DNA of 64,000 nucleotides. It comes from an uncultured Acidobacteriota bacterium. GTDB taxonomy: Bacteria > Acidobacteriota > Thermoanaerobaculia > Multivoradales > UBA5704. The translations under genes and the position numbers were made by a program. The notes under the pieces are model-generated. The model was not told where the DNA came from, made no database searches, and saw only the letters and a program-made list of their open reading frames with translations. Location of the stretch: the NCBI GenBank assembly GCA_963770895.1, contig CAVYRF010000001.1:160001-224000 (forward strand), given 5' to 3'. Position 1 is the first letter of the stretch. The number at the start of each line of letters is the position of its first letter. This document shows, one piece after another, positions 19,464 to 34,545 of the stretch.

Positions 19464-21421
19464 TGGCCGGGCCAGCTCAGGATGCCGCCGCCTTGGCCCC
19501 CTTCCGCCGCGACGCCGAGTGGCTGGAGCCGGACGGCCTGGGCGGCTTCGCCTCCGGCACCGCCGGCGGCCTGCGCAGCCGGCGCTACCACGCCCTGCTG
19601 CTGACCGCGCGCACGCCGCCGACCGGGCGCATGGTGCTGATCAACGGCTGCGACGCCTGGCTGCGGATCGGCGCCGCCACCTACCCGCTCAGCTCGCAGC
19701 TGTACACGCCCGACGTCGTGGCGCCCGACGCGCGCGACCACATCGAGTCGTTCACCGTCGATCCCTGGCCGCGCTGGACATTCAACGTCGGCGGCGCGCG
19801 CGTCGATCACGAGGTGTTCGTGCCGCACGGCGCGGCGGCGACCGCGATCTCGTGGCGGCTGCGCGAGCCGTCGCCGCCGCAGGGGGTCGAGCTGGTGGTG
19901 CGCCCCTTCGTTTCCGGGCGCGACTACCACGGCCTGCACCGCGAGAACCCCACCTTTCGCTTCGAGGCCGAGGGGCGCGGCCCGCTGCGCATCTTCCGCC
20001 CCTACCCCGACGTGCCCGCCTGCGCGGTGTTCTCCAACGGCGTCTTCGAGCGGGAAGCGGTGTGGTACCGGTCGTTTCTGTACACCCGCGAGCGCGAGCG
20101 CGGGTTGGACGCGGTGGAGGACCTGGCGTCGCCCGGCACCTGGCGCTGGGACCTGCAACGCGGCGAAGCGATCTGGATCCTGTCCGCCGAGGGGCAGGAG
20201 CTGCCGGCCGGGTCGCCGGCCGCCTGCCTGGGCATCTTCCGCGGCGCCGAGCGGCGGCGGCGCGCCGCCCAGGGGCCCCCTCTGCAGCGTGCCGCGGCCG
20301 CCTACCTGGCGCGCCGCGGCGAGGGACGCACGATCGTCGCCGGCTACCCCTGGTTCACCGATTGGGGGCGCGACACGTTCATCGCCGTGCGCGGTCTGGC
20401 GCTGGCGACCGGCCGCCTGGACGAAGCGGCGGCGATCCTGGCGCAGTGGGCGCGTGCGCTGTCCCAGGGCATGCTTCCCGACCGGTTTCCGGACACCGGC
20501 GCGGCCCTCGAATACAACTCGGTCGATGCCTCGCTGTGGTTCGTGGTGGCGGTGGACGCGCTGCTGCGCGCGCCTGGGGCAGCGGTGGGCGCCGCCGATC
20601 GCCAGGCGCTGCTCGCCGCGGTCGAAGCGATCCTGGAGGGCTATCAGACCGGCACCCGCTACGGCATCCGCGCCGCCGACGACGGCCTGCTGGCGGCCGG
20701 CGAGCCGGGCTCGCAGCTGACCTGGATGGACGCCCGGGTCGACGGCCGGCCGGTCACTCCGCGCTGCGGCAAGCCGGTCGAGGTACAGGCGCTGTGGATC
20801 GCGGCGCTCGGCATCGCCGCGGCGCTGCCCGGCGCCGCGGCGGCCGAGCGCTGGCGCGCCCAGCACGAGCAGGCGCTGGCCAGCTTCCAGGAGCGCTTCT
20901 GGAACGAGGCGGCGGGGTGCCTGTTCGACGTGGTGGACGTGGATCACCGGCCGGGCGTGGTCGATGCGGCGATGCGGCCCAACCAGATCCTGGCGGTGGG
21001 CGGCCTGCCCGTGGTGCTGCTGGCGCCGGATCGGGCGCGGCGGGTGGTCGACGCGGTCGAGGCGCGGCTGTGGACGCCGCCCGGCCTGCGCTCCCTGGCG
21101 CCGGGCGAGGCCGGCTACGCGCCGCGCTACCAGGGCGAACCGAGCGCCCGCGACGGCGCGTATCATCAGGGAACGGTGTGGCCCTGGTTGCTGGGGCCGT
21201 TCGTCGAGGCTTGGGTGCGGGTGCGGGGCGGCGGCGAACAGGTCAAGCAGGCGGCGCGCGAGCGGTTCGTCGCCCCGGTGCTCGCCCGGCTGGGCGACTA
21301 CGGGATCGGACACGTGCCTGAGATCGCCGACGGCGACCCGCCGCACGCGCCGCGCGGCTGCCCGTTCCAGGCCTGGTCGCTGGGCGAGCTGCTGCGGCTG
21401 ACCCTGGACGTGCTGCGCTGA
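19463..21421 (+). CDS. Amylo-alpha-1,6-glucosidase / glycogen debranching family protein
   Basis: EWLEPDGLGGFASGT, AGYPWFTDWGRDTFI, TWMDA, YHQGTVWPWL, GCPFQAWS. Confidence 0.9.
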   Translation: MAGPAQDAAALAPFRRDAEWLEPDGLGGFASGTAGGLRSRRYHALLLTARTPPTGRMVLINGCDAWLRIGAATYPLSSQLYTPDVVAPDARDHIESFTVDPWPRWTFNVGGARVDHEVFVPHGAAATAISWRLREPSPPQGVELVVRPFVSGRDYHGLHRENPTFRFEAEGRGPLRIFRPYPDVPACAVFSNGVFEREAVWYRSFLYTRERERGLDAVEDLASPGTWRWDLQRGEAIWILSAEGQELPAGSPAACLGIFRGAERRRRAAQGPPLQRAAAAYLARRGEGRTIVAGYPWFTDWGRDTFIAVRGLALATGRLDEAAAILAQWARALSQGMLPDRFPDTGAALEYNSVDASLWFVVAVDALLRAPGAAVGAADRQALLAAVEAILEGYQTGTRYGIRAADDGLLAAGEPGSQLTWMDARVDGRPVTPRCGKPVEVQALWIAALGIAAALPGAAAAERWRAQHEQALASFQERFWNEAAGCLFDVVDVDHRPGVVDAAMRPNQILAVGGLPVVLLAPDRARRVVDAVEARLWTPPGLRSLAPGEAGYAPRYQGEPSARDGAYHQGTVWPWLLGPFVEAWVRVRGGGEQVKQAARERFVAPVLARLGDYGIGHVPEIADGDPPHAPRGCPFQAWSLGELLRLTLDVLR

Positions 21422-21524
21422 GGCACTGCCACCGCCCGCGCCAATGCCGCGGGCGGCGCGGGCGCCGCCCCCCCGGCCCACAGTCGTGTGCCGCGCCGCT
21501 TGCCGGCGGCGCGCAAGGAGACGC

Positions 21525-24377
<2,853 letters not shown>

Positions 24378-24436
24378 TGTAGGTTTAGCTCATTCAAGCG
24401 CGCGCTCGGCAGGGTGGGCAGCCGCGGAAAGGGGCT

Positions 24437-25192
24437 ATGACTGAGGCGTTTCTGCGCCAGGTGGCGATCTTCGAGCAGGTCGACGATGCCAGCCTGGCGG
24501 CGCTCGCGGCGGGCGCCGAAGCCAAGGAGCTGGTGGCCAGCACCGTGGTGTTCCAGGCCGGCGACCTGTGCGATGGGCTCTACCTGGTGCGGCGCGGCGT
24601 CGTCGCGTTGCGCCACCTGGCGGTCGGCCAGCCGATCGAGCGGGTGCGCGATCACGGCCCCGGCGAGCCGTTCGGCGAATCCGAGGTGCTGGACGGCACG
24701 CGACGCCAGTTTCAGGCCCGCACGGTGGGCGCGGCGTCGCTGGTGCGCCTGCCGCAGGAACCGTTCTGGTCCTTCCTGGACCACCACCCGCAGGTCGAGC
24801 GGCGCCTGCGGACGCTGGCGATCTACCAGCGCACGGTGCGCCTGCACTCGCTGCTGGCGCCCTCGACGCGGCGCGATCCGCGCATCCGCGTCGACCGCGA
24901 GGCGCGCCTGCGCCTGGGAGCCGGGCCCGCGGCCCTGGTGCGGGTCGAAGACCTGTCGCACGGTGGCGCCTGCCTGAGCGCGGCGCCGGACACCTGGCGG
25001 CCGGGCGACCTGGTGCGCTTCGCGCTGGAGCTGGACGGCCACCCCGACCTGCTGGAAGTCGAAGCCAGGGTGCGCTGGCGCATGCGCGATCTGGTGGGCC
25101 TGGTCTTCGAAGGCGGCGCCTCGGCCCGCAAGGTACCGCGCCAGGTCGATCGCGCCCTCCGCGTCCTGCTCGACAAACCCAGTCGCTTCTGA
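24437..25192 (+). CDS. Cyclic-nucleotide-binding domain + PilZ domain protein
   Basis: VFQAGD...LYLVRRG...GEPFGE...R cNMP motifs; RRDPR and DLSHGG PilZ motifs. Confidence 0.8.
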   Translation: MTEAFLRQVAIFEQVDDASLAALAAGAEAKELVASTVVFQAGDLCDGLYLVRRGVVALRHLAVGQPIERVRDHGPGEPFGESEVLDGTRRQFQARTVGAASLVRLPQEPFWSFLDHHPQVERRLRTLAIYQRTVRLHSLLAPSTRRDPRIRVDREARLRLGAGPAALVRVEDLSHGGACLSAAPDTWRPGDLVRFALELDGHPDLLEVEARVRWRMRDLVGLVFEGGASARKVPRQVDRALRVLLDKPSRF

Positions 25193-25222
25193 CCGCGACC
25201 GCTGCCAGCCCCGACGGGGAAG

Positions 25223-25257
25223 TGCCGCGGTGCCGCATCCGGCGCGGCACCGCGGCA
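25223..25257. terminator. Hairpin between convergent genes
   Basis: Perfect 14-bp stem TGCCGCGGTGCCGC / GCGGCACCGCGGCA, 7-nt loop. Confidence 0.55.
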
Positions 25258-25278
25258 GGGGAGCGCCGGCGCGCGCCC

Positions 25279-26064
25279 TCAGTCGGTGATCGTGCCGGAG
25301 AGAATCCAGGTGAAGGTCTGGAAGCTGCCGGAGTTGGTGGTAAAGCTGATGGTCGCCTTGCACGGCCCCGCGGTGTCGCCCTGCATGCGCCAGCGGTAGG
25401 ACTGCGGCGACCCGTAGCTGATCGAATAGGGGAAGCTGCCGTCGATCAGGCTGAAGCACGAGCCTTCGACCTGGGTCAGCGTGTAGTTGCTGACCGCCAG
25501 CGGGCTGTCGCCGGGGTTGGAATCCAGGTCGCTGATGGTGAAGGCGCGCGACACCGCGACTCCCACTGGCGTGCTGGGGTAGTTGTAGGTGTAAGGCTGC
25601 GGCTCCGACGTGATGTTGATGCCGTCGCCCGAAACGACGCTCAGGATCGGGCAGCCGTCGACGCAGTTCTGCATGTTCAGCACGAACGACGACGGGGTGG
25701 CGTTGGTGTTGAGCGTCATGGTGGCATCGTTGGCTCCGCCCTGACCGGTTTCAAAGGTCATCACCAGTTTCACGAACTTCCCCCCCTTGATGGTGGTCGG
25801 AGGAATCTCGCAGGACCACACGCCATTGGGACAGAACGACGTCGTGCTGATCGTCATGGTGCTGGTGCCGTTGTTCTGGATGGTGTACCAGATCTGGCTG
25901 CCGTTCACCATCGAAACGGTCTGGCCGCTCGACACCTGGTGTGAGGAACTGACGTTGCCGCCGACGACCGTCTGCGCAAAGACTGCCAGCTGCGGCTGCG
26001 CGGACGCGGCGGTGGTTGCAAGGGCGGCACAAGCGACGAATGAAGCAAGGCACAACCTACGCAT
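25279..26064 (-). CDS. Secreted protein with two Ig-like (choice-of-anchor D / ASH-like) domains
   Basis: AAGGAG RBS; signal peptide ending ASA-Q; YTIQNNGTSTMTIS, FTISD...L, LSGT beta-rich motifs. Confidence 0.65.
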   Translation of the reverse strand: MRRLCLASFVACAALATTAASAQPQLAVFAQTVVGGNVSSSHQVSSGQTVSMVNGSQIWYTIQNNGTSTMTISTTSFCPNGVWSCEIPPTTIKGGKFVKLVMTFETGQGGANDATMTLNTNATPSSFVLNMQNCVDGCPILSVVSGDGINITSEPQPYTYNYPSTPVGVAVSRAFTISDLDSNPGDSPLAVSNYTLTQVEGSCFSLIDGSFPYSISYGSPQSYRWRMQGDTAGPCKATISFTTNSGSFQTFTWILSGTITD

Positions 26065-26470
26065 CTCAAGTCTCCTTTTCGTACTCGGTTCGAATCCAGG
26101 CAGCGCTGCCATGACGCACAATACAAAACACCTTGCATAAAATCAAATTGTACTAGTACATATGGCATCTGTTGTTGCATTTATAGACATTTCTGATGCC
26201 GTACAATTGATCAACACATCAAAAATGACAAACATCCGAACGCCAACTCACCTATCCAGCCTCATGGAACCAAGCGCCCTCGCGCCGCCCTCACAAGCGC
26301 CTCCCCGCTCCACCCAGATGCCGCCTCCGTCCTCACCAGTGGTCAGCCCGTTGCCAGCCCAGGCCGGTTCACCCTGCGCTGGTGATGGCAACTCCCTGGT
26401 ATCTCGTGGTTGGCACCGAGGTTGCTGTAGGAGCATGTCGAAACGGGAGTACCTAGAGGAGATCGAACCG

Positions 26471-27217
26471 ATGAAATCGATGCGCGCACATCTCATATCG
26501 GGTCTGGCGGCTCTCGCGCTCAGCGCGGCGCCGGCCCTGGCACAACCGCCGCAACCGCCGTGCTGCCCCGACCCGTATGCCGCTCCCCCGGCCCACCGCG
26601 ACAACAATCAGTTCGTCGAGTTCCGGCTATGGGCAGGCGGCTTCCGTCCCACTTTGGGGGGCGACTACTGGGACAATAACTTCCGCAACTTCACCGGCAA
26701 CAAGAGCGACTTCCAGGACGTGATCGGCGGTGGCGACTTCATCTTCCACTTCGACCGCATCAACGCCCTGATGGTTTCGGCCAGCTTCTACAGCGGCAGC
26801 TCGACCGAGGCCTACCGCAACTTCGCGGATCAGAACAACAACCCGATCCTGCACCACACGACGCTCGACATCAGCTCCGGCACCGCCGCCTACACGCTGT
26901 TCCCGGCCGGCACGCACAACGCGGTGATCCCCTACCTGGGCGCCGGCGTCGGCATCTACGGCTGGCGTCTGCACGAGGGCGGCGACTTCATCGACATGAA
27001 CAGCAACATCTACAGCGGCGGGTTCGGCGACAGCGGCACGGCCTTCGGCTACTTCTTCCTGGCCGGCCTGGAAGTGCCGGTCACCCGCCACCTCGCCATC
27101 CTGGTGGATGGCCGCTATACCGTCGCTCACGCCAACCTGGGCGGCGACTTCAACGGCTTCGGCCGCCTCGACCTGTCCGGTGGCCAGGTCGCCGGCGGCG
27201 TCGCGTTCCATCTATAA
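26471..27217 (+). CDS. Outer membrane beta-barrel protein
   Basis: Signal peptide; PYLGAGVG; alternating aromatic strands; C-terminal VAFHL. Confidence 0.8.
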   Translation: MKSMRAHLISGLAALALSAAPALAQPPQPPCCPDPYAAPPAHRDNNQFVEFRLWAGGFRPTLGGDYWDNNFRNFTGNKSDFQDVIGGGDFIFHFDRINALMVSASFYSGSSTEAYRNFADQNNNPILHHTTLDISSGTAAYTLFPAGTHNAVIPYLGAGVGIYGWRLHEGGDFIDMNSNIYSGGFGDSGTAFGYFFLAGLEVPVTRHLAILVDGRYTVAHANLGGDFNGFGRLDLSGGQVAGGVAFHL

Positions 27218-27263
27218 GTTCTGGGGTGGGGGGCAACGGAGCCCCCCGGCTCGGAACGAGGCG

Positions 27264-27320
27264 AACCCCGCCTCCCTGGCTAGGATCGGTGACGACCGAT
27301 CGCCAGGGGGCGGGGTTTTC
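27264..27320 (+). terminator. Rho-independent (probably bidirectional) terminator
   Basis: Long stem AACCCCGCC..CCCTGGC..GATCGGT / ACCGATC-GCCAGGGGGCGGGGTT followed by TTTT, between convergent genes. Confidence 0.7.
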
Positions 27321-27331
27321 TGCGGTGTGGC

Positions 27332-30070
<2,739 letters not shown>

Positions 30071-30314
30071 TCTGTCTCCTGACTCTTCCCCGCCATCTTC
30101 GGCCGGGAAGCACCGAGCCGCCGGTCGGGCCGCTCAGCCACGAAAACCTGCGTCCCTCCACTCAATATTCCGATTTCATGCCAGGATCTTAGCCAGAAGG
30201 GCTCAAGCCGCCGAGGACGGCTCGCGACGAGCTCCTTTTGGCCGCCCGGTCGACGGCGGGGGCCGCGTGGGCAACCACGAACCGGCGGGCGGATGTGGGT
30301 GGATGCGGGGGTCG

Positions 30315-31286
30315 CTACAAGCCCTCACGGGCCAGGTCCATGACCCACAGCACCTGGTAGCGGTGCTCGTAGGCGCCCAGGGCGACGCCGGTCCCCAGGC
30401 TGTTGAGGCGCGGGTCCAGGATGTTGCGGCGGTGCTCCGCGCTGGCCATCCACCCGGCCATCACCGAGGCGGGCGACAGGTGGCGGGCGGCGATGTTTTC
30501 GGCGACCAGCGCGGCGGCGATGCCGGCGGCTTCGACGCGGGCGCGGGGGTTCGTCCCCTCTGGCGCCTGGTGGGCGTAGTAGGAGCGCGCCAGCATGTCG
30601 TCGGCGTGCGCCTGGGCCGCGGCGTCCAGGCGCGGGTCGGCGGCCAGGGCCGCGACGCCGGCGTCGCGGCGCGCCGCATTGACCGCGGCGAGCAGGGCGG
30701 CGCGCACCGCGGCCAGGTCGCGCAGCGGCTCCGCCTCGCGCCCCCAGGCTTCGGTTTCGGGCCCGGCGAACAGGAACACGTAGAGCGGCACGGCGTGGAA
30801 GCTGGCGACCCCGATCCCCACGTCGGCGATCTCGGGGCGCAGCGCCGCCGCGCGGTCCGGCAGGCTGCGCCAGTAGGCCACCACCGCCGCCGGGTCGCCG
30901 GCGGTCGCCGCCACGCTCTCGGTCCACAGCCGGGGGCGGTAGCCGGCGCCCACCATCCGCCGCTGGATGGCGCCGAACAGCGACAGCGATTCGCTCTCTC
31001 CAGGCAGCGCGCCGCGCGCGCCGATCTCGTCGGCGCGCTGCTGGGCCACCTGGTCGAGCGCCGCCACCGGCCGCAACGCCGGCAGCCCGGCAGCCTGACG
31101 TTCGCCGTCGAGCTCCGCCGCCAGACGCTGGCGCAGCTCGGGCAGCGGCAGCGCAGGCTGCGCGGCCGCCGCGGGAGCGCGCAGCGGCGCCAGCAGGAGC
31201 GGCAGGGCGGCGAGCAGCGGCCGCAGCCGGCGGTTTGCGGTGGCGGCAGTCGAGGGCATCTGTGGTGACACCGGTCTCGCTATCAT
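30315..31286 (-). CDS. Secreted tandem CAP (SCP) domain protein
   Basis: AAQAHADDMLARSYYAH, AENIA, WMASAEHRRNIL; degenerate first CAP domain. Confidence 0.85.
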   Translation of the reverse strand: MIARPVSPQMPSTAATANRRLRPLLAALPLLLAPLRAPAAAAQPALPLPELRQRLAAELDGERQAAGLPALRPVAALDQVAQQRADEIGARGALPGESESLSLFGAIQRRMVGAGYRPRLWTESVAATAGDPAAVVAYWRSLPDRAAALRPEIADVGIGVASFHAVPLYVFLFAGPETEAWGREAEPLRDLAAVRAALLAAVNAARRDAGVAALAADPRLDAAAQAHADDMLARSYYAHQAPEGTNPRARVEAAGIAAALVAENIAARHLSPASVMAGWMASAEHRRNILDPRLNSLGTGVALGAYEHRYQVLWVMDLAREGL

Positions 31287-31323
31287 TGTGCCACCGCACA
31301 GCGATGAGAGCGATGGGATTGCG

Positions 31324-32754
31324 ATGACGACAACCAGGCCCACCGAACGATCTTCCATCGCCGCCCTGGCGGTCTACGTCCTGATGGTCGCGGCGGCGGT
31401 GCTCGGCTTCGTGTGGGTGCGCCACCTGGGCGAGCAGCTGACCGCGCCGCCGCCGACCGGGCCGGCGTTCGGCAGCAGCCAGGCGGGCGGCGGCGCCCAC
31501 GTGATGAACGAGCTGCTGCCGCACGTGCTGCTGGCGCTGGTGGTGATCCTGGTCGTCTCGCGCGCGGTGGGCCTGGTGTTTCGCCGCTTGGGCCAGCCGC
31601 AGGTGGTGGGGGAGGTGGTGGCCGGCATCCTGCTGGGGCCGTCGCTGCTCGGCAGGATTGCGCCGCAGGTGCTGGAGTTCCTGTTTCCGGCGGCGGCCGC
31701 GCCGTACCTGGGGGTGCTCTCCCAATTCGGCGTCATCCTGTTCATGTTTCTGGTCGGCCTGGAGCTCGACCTGGACGTGATGCGCGGCGGCACGCAGTCG
31801 ACGATCGCCATCTCGCACGCCAGCATCACGCTCCCTTTCATCCTGGGCGTCCTGCTGGCGCTGCCGCTCTACCCGGTGCTGTCCAGCCGCGACGTGCCGT
31901 TCAGCGCCTTTGCGCTCTTCCTGGGCGTCTCGATGTCGATCACCGCCTTCCCGGTTCTGGCCCGCATCCTCACCGACCAGGGCATCCAGCACACCCGCCT
32001 GGGCGTCATGGCTCTGACCTGCGCCGCGGTCGGCGACGTCACCGCCTGGTGCCTGCTCGCCTTCGTCGTCAGCGTCGTCAACACCCGGTCGGGGTCGGCG
32101 CTGATGACGGTGGTGCTGACCGTCGCCTACGCCGGCCTGCTGCTGGCGATCCGGCCGCTGGCCGGCAAGCTCCTGCGCGCCCGCGACCGCCACGGCCTGA
32201 CCCCAGGTGTGCTGACCGTCACCTTTGTCGCCCTGCTGGCGTCAGCCCTGATCACCGAAGCCATCGGCGTGCACGCCATCTTCGGCGCCTTCGTCCTGGG
32301 CGTCATCGTGCCCCACGACTCCAACATCGCCCGCCAGCTCACCGACAAGCTCCAGCCCATGGTGCTCCTGCTGCTGCCGGCCTTCTTCGCCGCCACCGGC
32401 CTGCGCACCCAGCTGGGCCTGGTCCACGGCGCCGCCGGCTGGCTCATCTGCATCGCCATCATCCTGGTCGCCTCGCTGGGCAAGTTCGGCGGCTGCGCCC
32501 TGGCCGGCCGCCTCACCGGTCTCACCTGGCGCGACTCCACCTCCCTGGGCATCCTGATGAACACCCGCGGCCTGGTCGAGCTGATCGTCCTCAACATCGG
32601 CCTGGACCTGCGCGTCCTGTCCCCCGCCCTCTTCACCATGCTGGTCCTCATGGCCGTCGCCACCACCCTGGCCACCACCCCCTGCCTGGCCTGGCTCCAG
32701 CGCGGCATCTGGCGCCAGGTCGCCACGGGCGGCACCCACGCCGACGCCGCCTGA
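31324..32754 (+). CDS. Cation:proton antiporter (CPA2 family)
   Basis: GQPQVVGEVVAGILLGPS, SITAFPVLARIL, LMNTRGLVEL. Confidence 0.92.
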   Translation: MTTTRPTERSSIAALAVYVLMVAAAVLGFVWVRHLGEQLTAPPPTGPAFGSSQAGGGAHVMNELLPHVLLALVVILVVSRAVGLVFRRLGQPQVVGEVVAGILLGPSLLGRIAPQVLEFLFPAAAAPYLGVLSQFGVILFMFLVGLELDLDVMRGGTQSTIAISHASITLPFILGVLLALPLYPVLSSRDVPFSAFALFLGVSMSITAFPVLARILTDQGIQHTRLGVMALTCAAVGDVTAWCLLAFVVSVVNTRSGSALMTVVLTVAYAGLLLAIRPLAGKLLRARDRHGLTPGVLTVTFVALLASALITEAIGVHAIFGAFVLGVIVPHDSNIARQLTDKLQPMVLLLLPAFFAATGLRTQLGLVHGAAGWLICIAIILVASLGKFGGCALAGRLTGLTWRDSTSLGILMNTRGLVELIVLNIGLDLRVLSPALFTMLVLMAVATTLATTPCLAWLQRGIWRQVATGGTHADAA

Positions 32755-32787
32755 CCCGGCGCGGCGAATCTGAGGCGAAGGGGTCGG

Positions 32788-33147
32788 CTACCCACTTAGA
32801 AAGTCGACGAAATGGCTGCCGGGATCGACACTCCGCTCAGCCCAGCGCTTGAGGGCATGGGCAATGCGCTCCGGGCGATGGTTCGGCACGCTGTAGGGCA
32901 CGATCAACAGGCCATTGTGGAACTCTTCTGCACGGTACATGGTGTGCGTGAGGCGCAGGAAGTCGTCGCGATTTCGGGTGACAAAGATACGGCCTGCGCC
33001 GATAGCAAAACGGAGCTGTTCTTCGTCCACGAACCCCCGGCGGTCGATCTCGTGGACCGAAACGACGTCGAGGCCGAGGCCGCGTCCGATTTCCGCCACC
33101 CGCGGGTTCAGGTCCTCGTCGAGGAGGAATCGTAGGTTCATGAGCAT
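32788..33147 (-). CDS. DUF5615 PIN-like toxin
   Basis: RFLLDEDL, DVVSV, DEEQLRFA, IFVTRNRDDF, HNGLLIV. Confidence 0.85.
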   Translation of the reverse strand: MLMNLRFLLDEDLNPRVAEIGRGLGLDVVSVHEIDRRGFVDEEQLRFAIGAGRIFVTRNRDDFLRLTHTMYRAEEFHNGLLIVPYSVPNHRPERIAHALKRWAERSVDPGSHFVDFLSG

Positions 33148-33703
33148 CGAAATCCGCCGAACTTTTTGTGCCGGCCGCGCACCGACGGCGGCGGTCTGTG
33201 TGGGAGGGCTGCACTTCAGCGAAACGCCGAGGCAATGCTGCCCTGAGACTCGATCCGGGAATTGCGAATCGACCCCTGTCGCGGCGGGATGGTACGCGAT
33301 TTTCCCCGCAGAACCTGACCTGTACGGCCTCCCTGTTAGGGGAGAGCGTACCTCTCCGAACCAAGATCTTCGAATTGGCCGTGGAGTCACCCGCATGCCG
33401 TTCGAGGAGGCCGCCACCCACGCCGAGCAGCGGGCCGCCATGGCCGAGTTGCGCTACCTCGAAGGGTTCCCGGACTCGGTACGCCGGCTGGCCGGTGATC
33501 GCCCAGAAGGCTGCTCGTAGCAGATGGGGCGAGAAGACAACGCCCGAATCTTGATCAGCCGTAGAACCGGCCATCGTGAATATCTCTCTCGATTGGGCTA
33601 GGGAGAACGCGGCGAGCGCCGCGAGGGCTCCAATGTTTTGAGCTGGCCAGGTCCGCCCTAGTTGCGCCTGCGCTGCCCTTCACAGAAGGTAGATATTACC
33701 TCG

Positions 33704-33732
33704 TTGACGGCTCTGATTGGTGCGCCTATAAT
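33704..33732 (+). promoter_or_regulatory. Near-consensus sigma70 promoter
   Basis: TTGACG-17 nt-TATAAT; inverted repeat AGGTA-N5-TACCT at 33687-33701 just upstream. Confidence 0.75.
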
Positions 33733-33776
33733 CTCCAGTGCTTGCGGTCGCATTTAGGTCGCACGGAGGTGCAGCC

Positions 33777-34379
33777 GTGACGGTGAAAGTCAAGATCCAC
33801 GGCCTTGAAGTCGCGGTCGATAACCTCGATGACCTGGACGAGTTGATTCGCCGCTACTCACCGGCCGCAGTGCAGGGGGATGCGGTTGAGGTGCGGCAGG
33901 ATGAGCCACTAGCCGCTCCGCTGGATGCCAAGCCCGCTGAGAAAGTTCGACCGTCCGACTTCCGAGGAGCGCGAGTTGCCAAAGGAGGAGTCAGGATACC
34001 TTCGGCCACGAAAAAAGAGGCAATGCTTAAGCTCTACAAGGGGCTCCGGGCGAGCACGCACCAGTCAATCATGCGGAGCTTGGCATCGAAGGGCGATAGA
34101 GGGGTTGACGTTGAAGAGGTTCGCCGTGACCTTAAACTGCACGACCGGTTCAAGATGAGCGGCTTCACCGCAGCGATCAGGCGCCGGGCTCCTGCATACG
34201 GGCTGACGGGTAATGAAGTCTTGGACGTGGAATTCAAGGGCGTGGTGGCCGGACAGCGAATCTACCTTTACAAGCTTGGTGTAGAGATGCTGGAAATGAT
34301 GCAAGAACAAGGACTTGTTCCCTCGCGCCACGTTGTAGGTTTGCATCCAAGCAAAATGACAGGGGAGGAGTGGCCATGA
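33777..34379 (+). CDS. Hypothetical protein, possible C-terminal winged-helix domain
   Basis: GGAGGT RBS before GTG; own promoter and terminator; non-host codon usage; helices followed by a beta hairpin (LDVEFKGVVAGQRIYLYKL). Confidence 0.65.
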   Translation: MTVKVKIHGLEVAVDNLDDLDELIRRYSPAAVQGDAVEVRQDEPLAAPLDAKPAEKVRPSDFRGARVAKGGVRIPSATKKEAMLKLYKGLRASTHQSIMRSLASKGDRGVDVEEVRRDLKLHDRFKMSGFTAAIRRRAPAYGLTGNEVLDVEFKGVVAGQRIYLYKLGVEMLEMMQEQGLVPSRHVVGLHPSKMTGEEWP

Positions 34380-34500
34380 GAAGACCAAGGTCCCTGGCAT
34401 ACCGTCCGAGTGATCCGGGGGAGTAAGTCCCCCACCCTCAATTACTTCCTGGCTAGGGCGGTTCTGAGGGTGGGGGGAGGACTGAACAACTGACGTACTT

Positions 34501-34545
34501 GCCTGGCTGCCTTTCGCGAGAAGACGGCCGGGCCTTTCTTTTGTT
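34501..34545 (+). terminator. Rho-independent terminator
   Basis: GCCTGGCTG / CGGCCGGGC stem with G-U pairs, GCGA loop, then CTTTCTTTTGTT. Confidence 0.7.

Noticed and set aside
26036-26111. Complete tRNA gene
   Set aside because: No 5' acceptor strand, D-arm or anticodon arm; overlaps a CDS start on the other strand
30187-30207. HAIR (HspR)-like operator upstream of lon, TCTTAGC-N7-GCTCAAG
   Set aside because: Only one arm matches well; too weak to call
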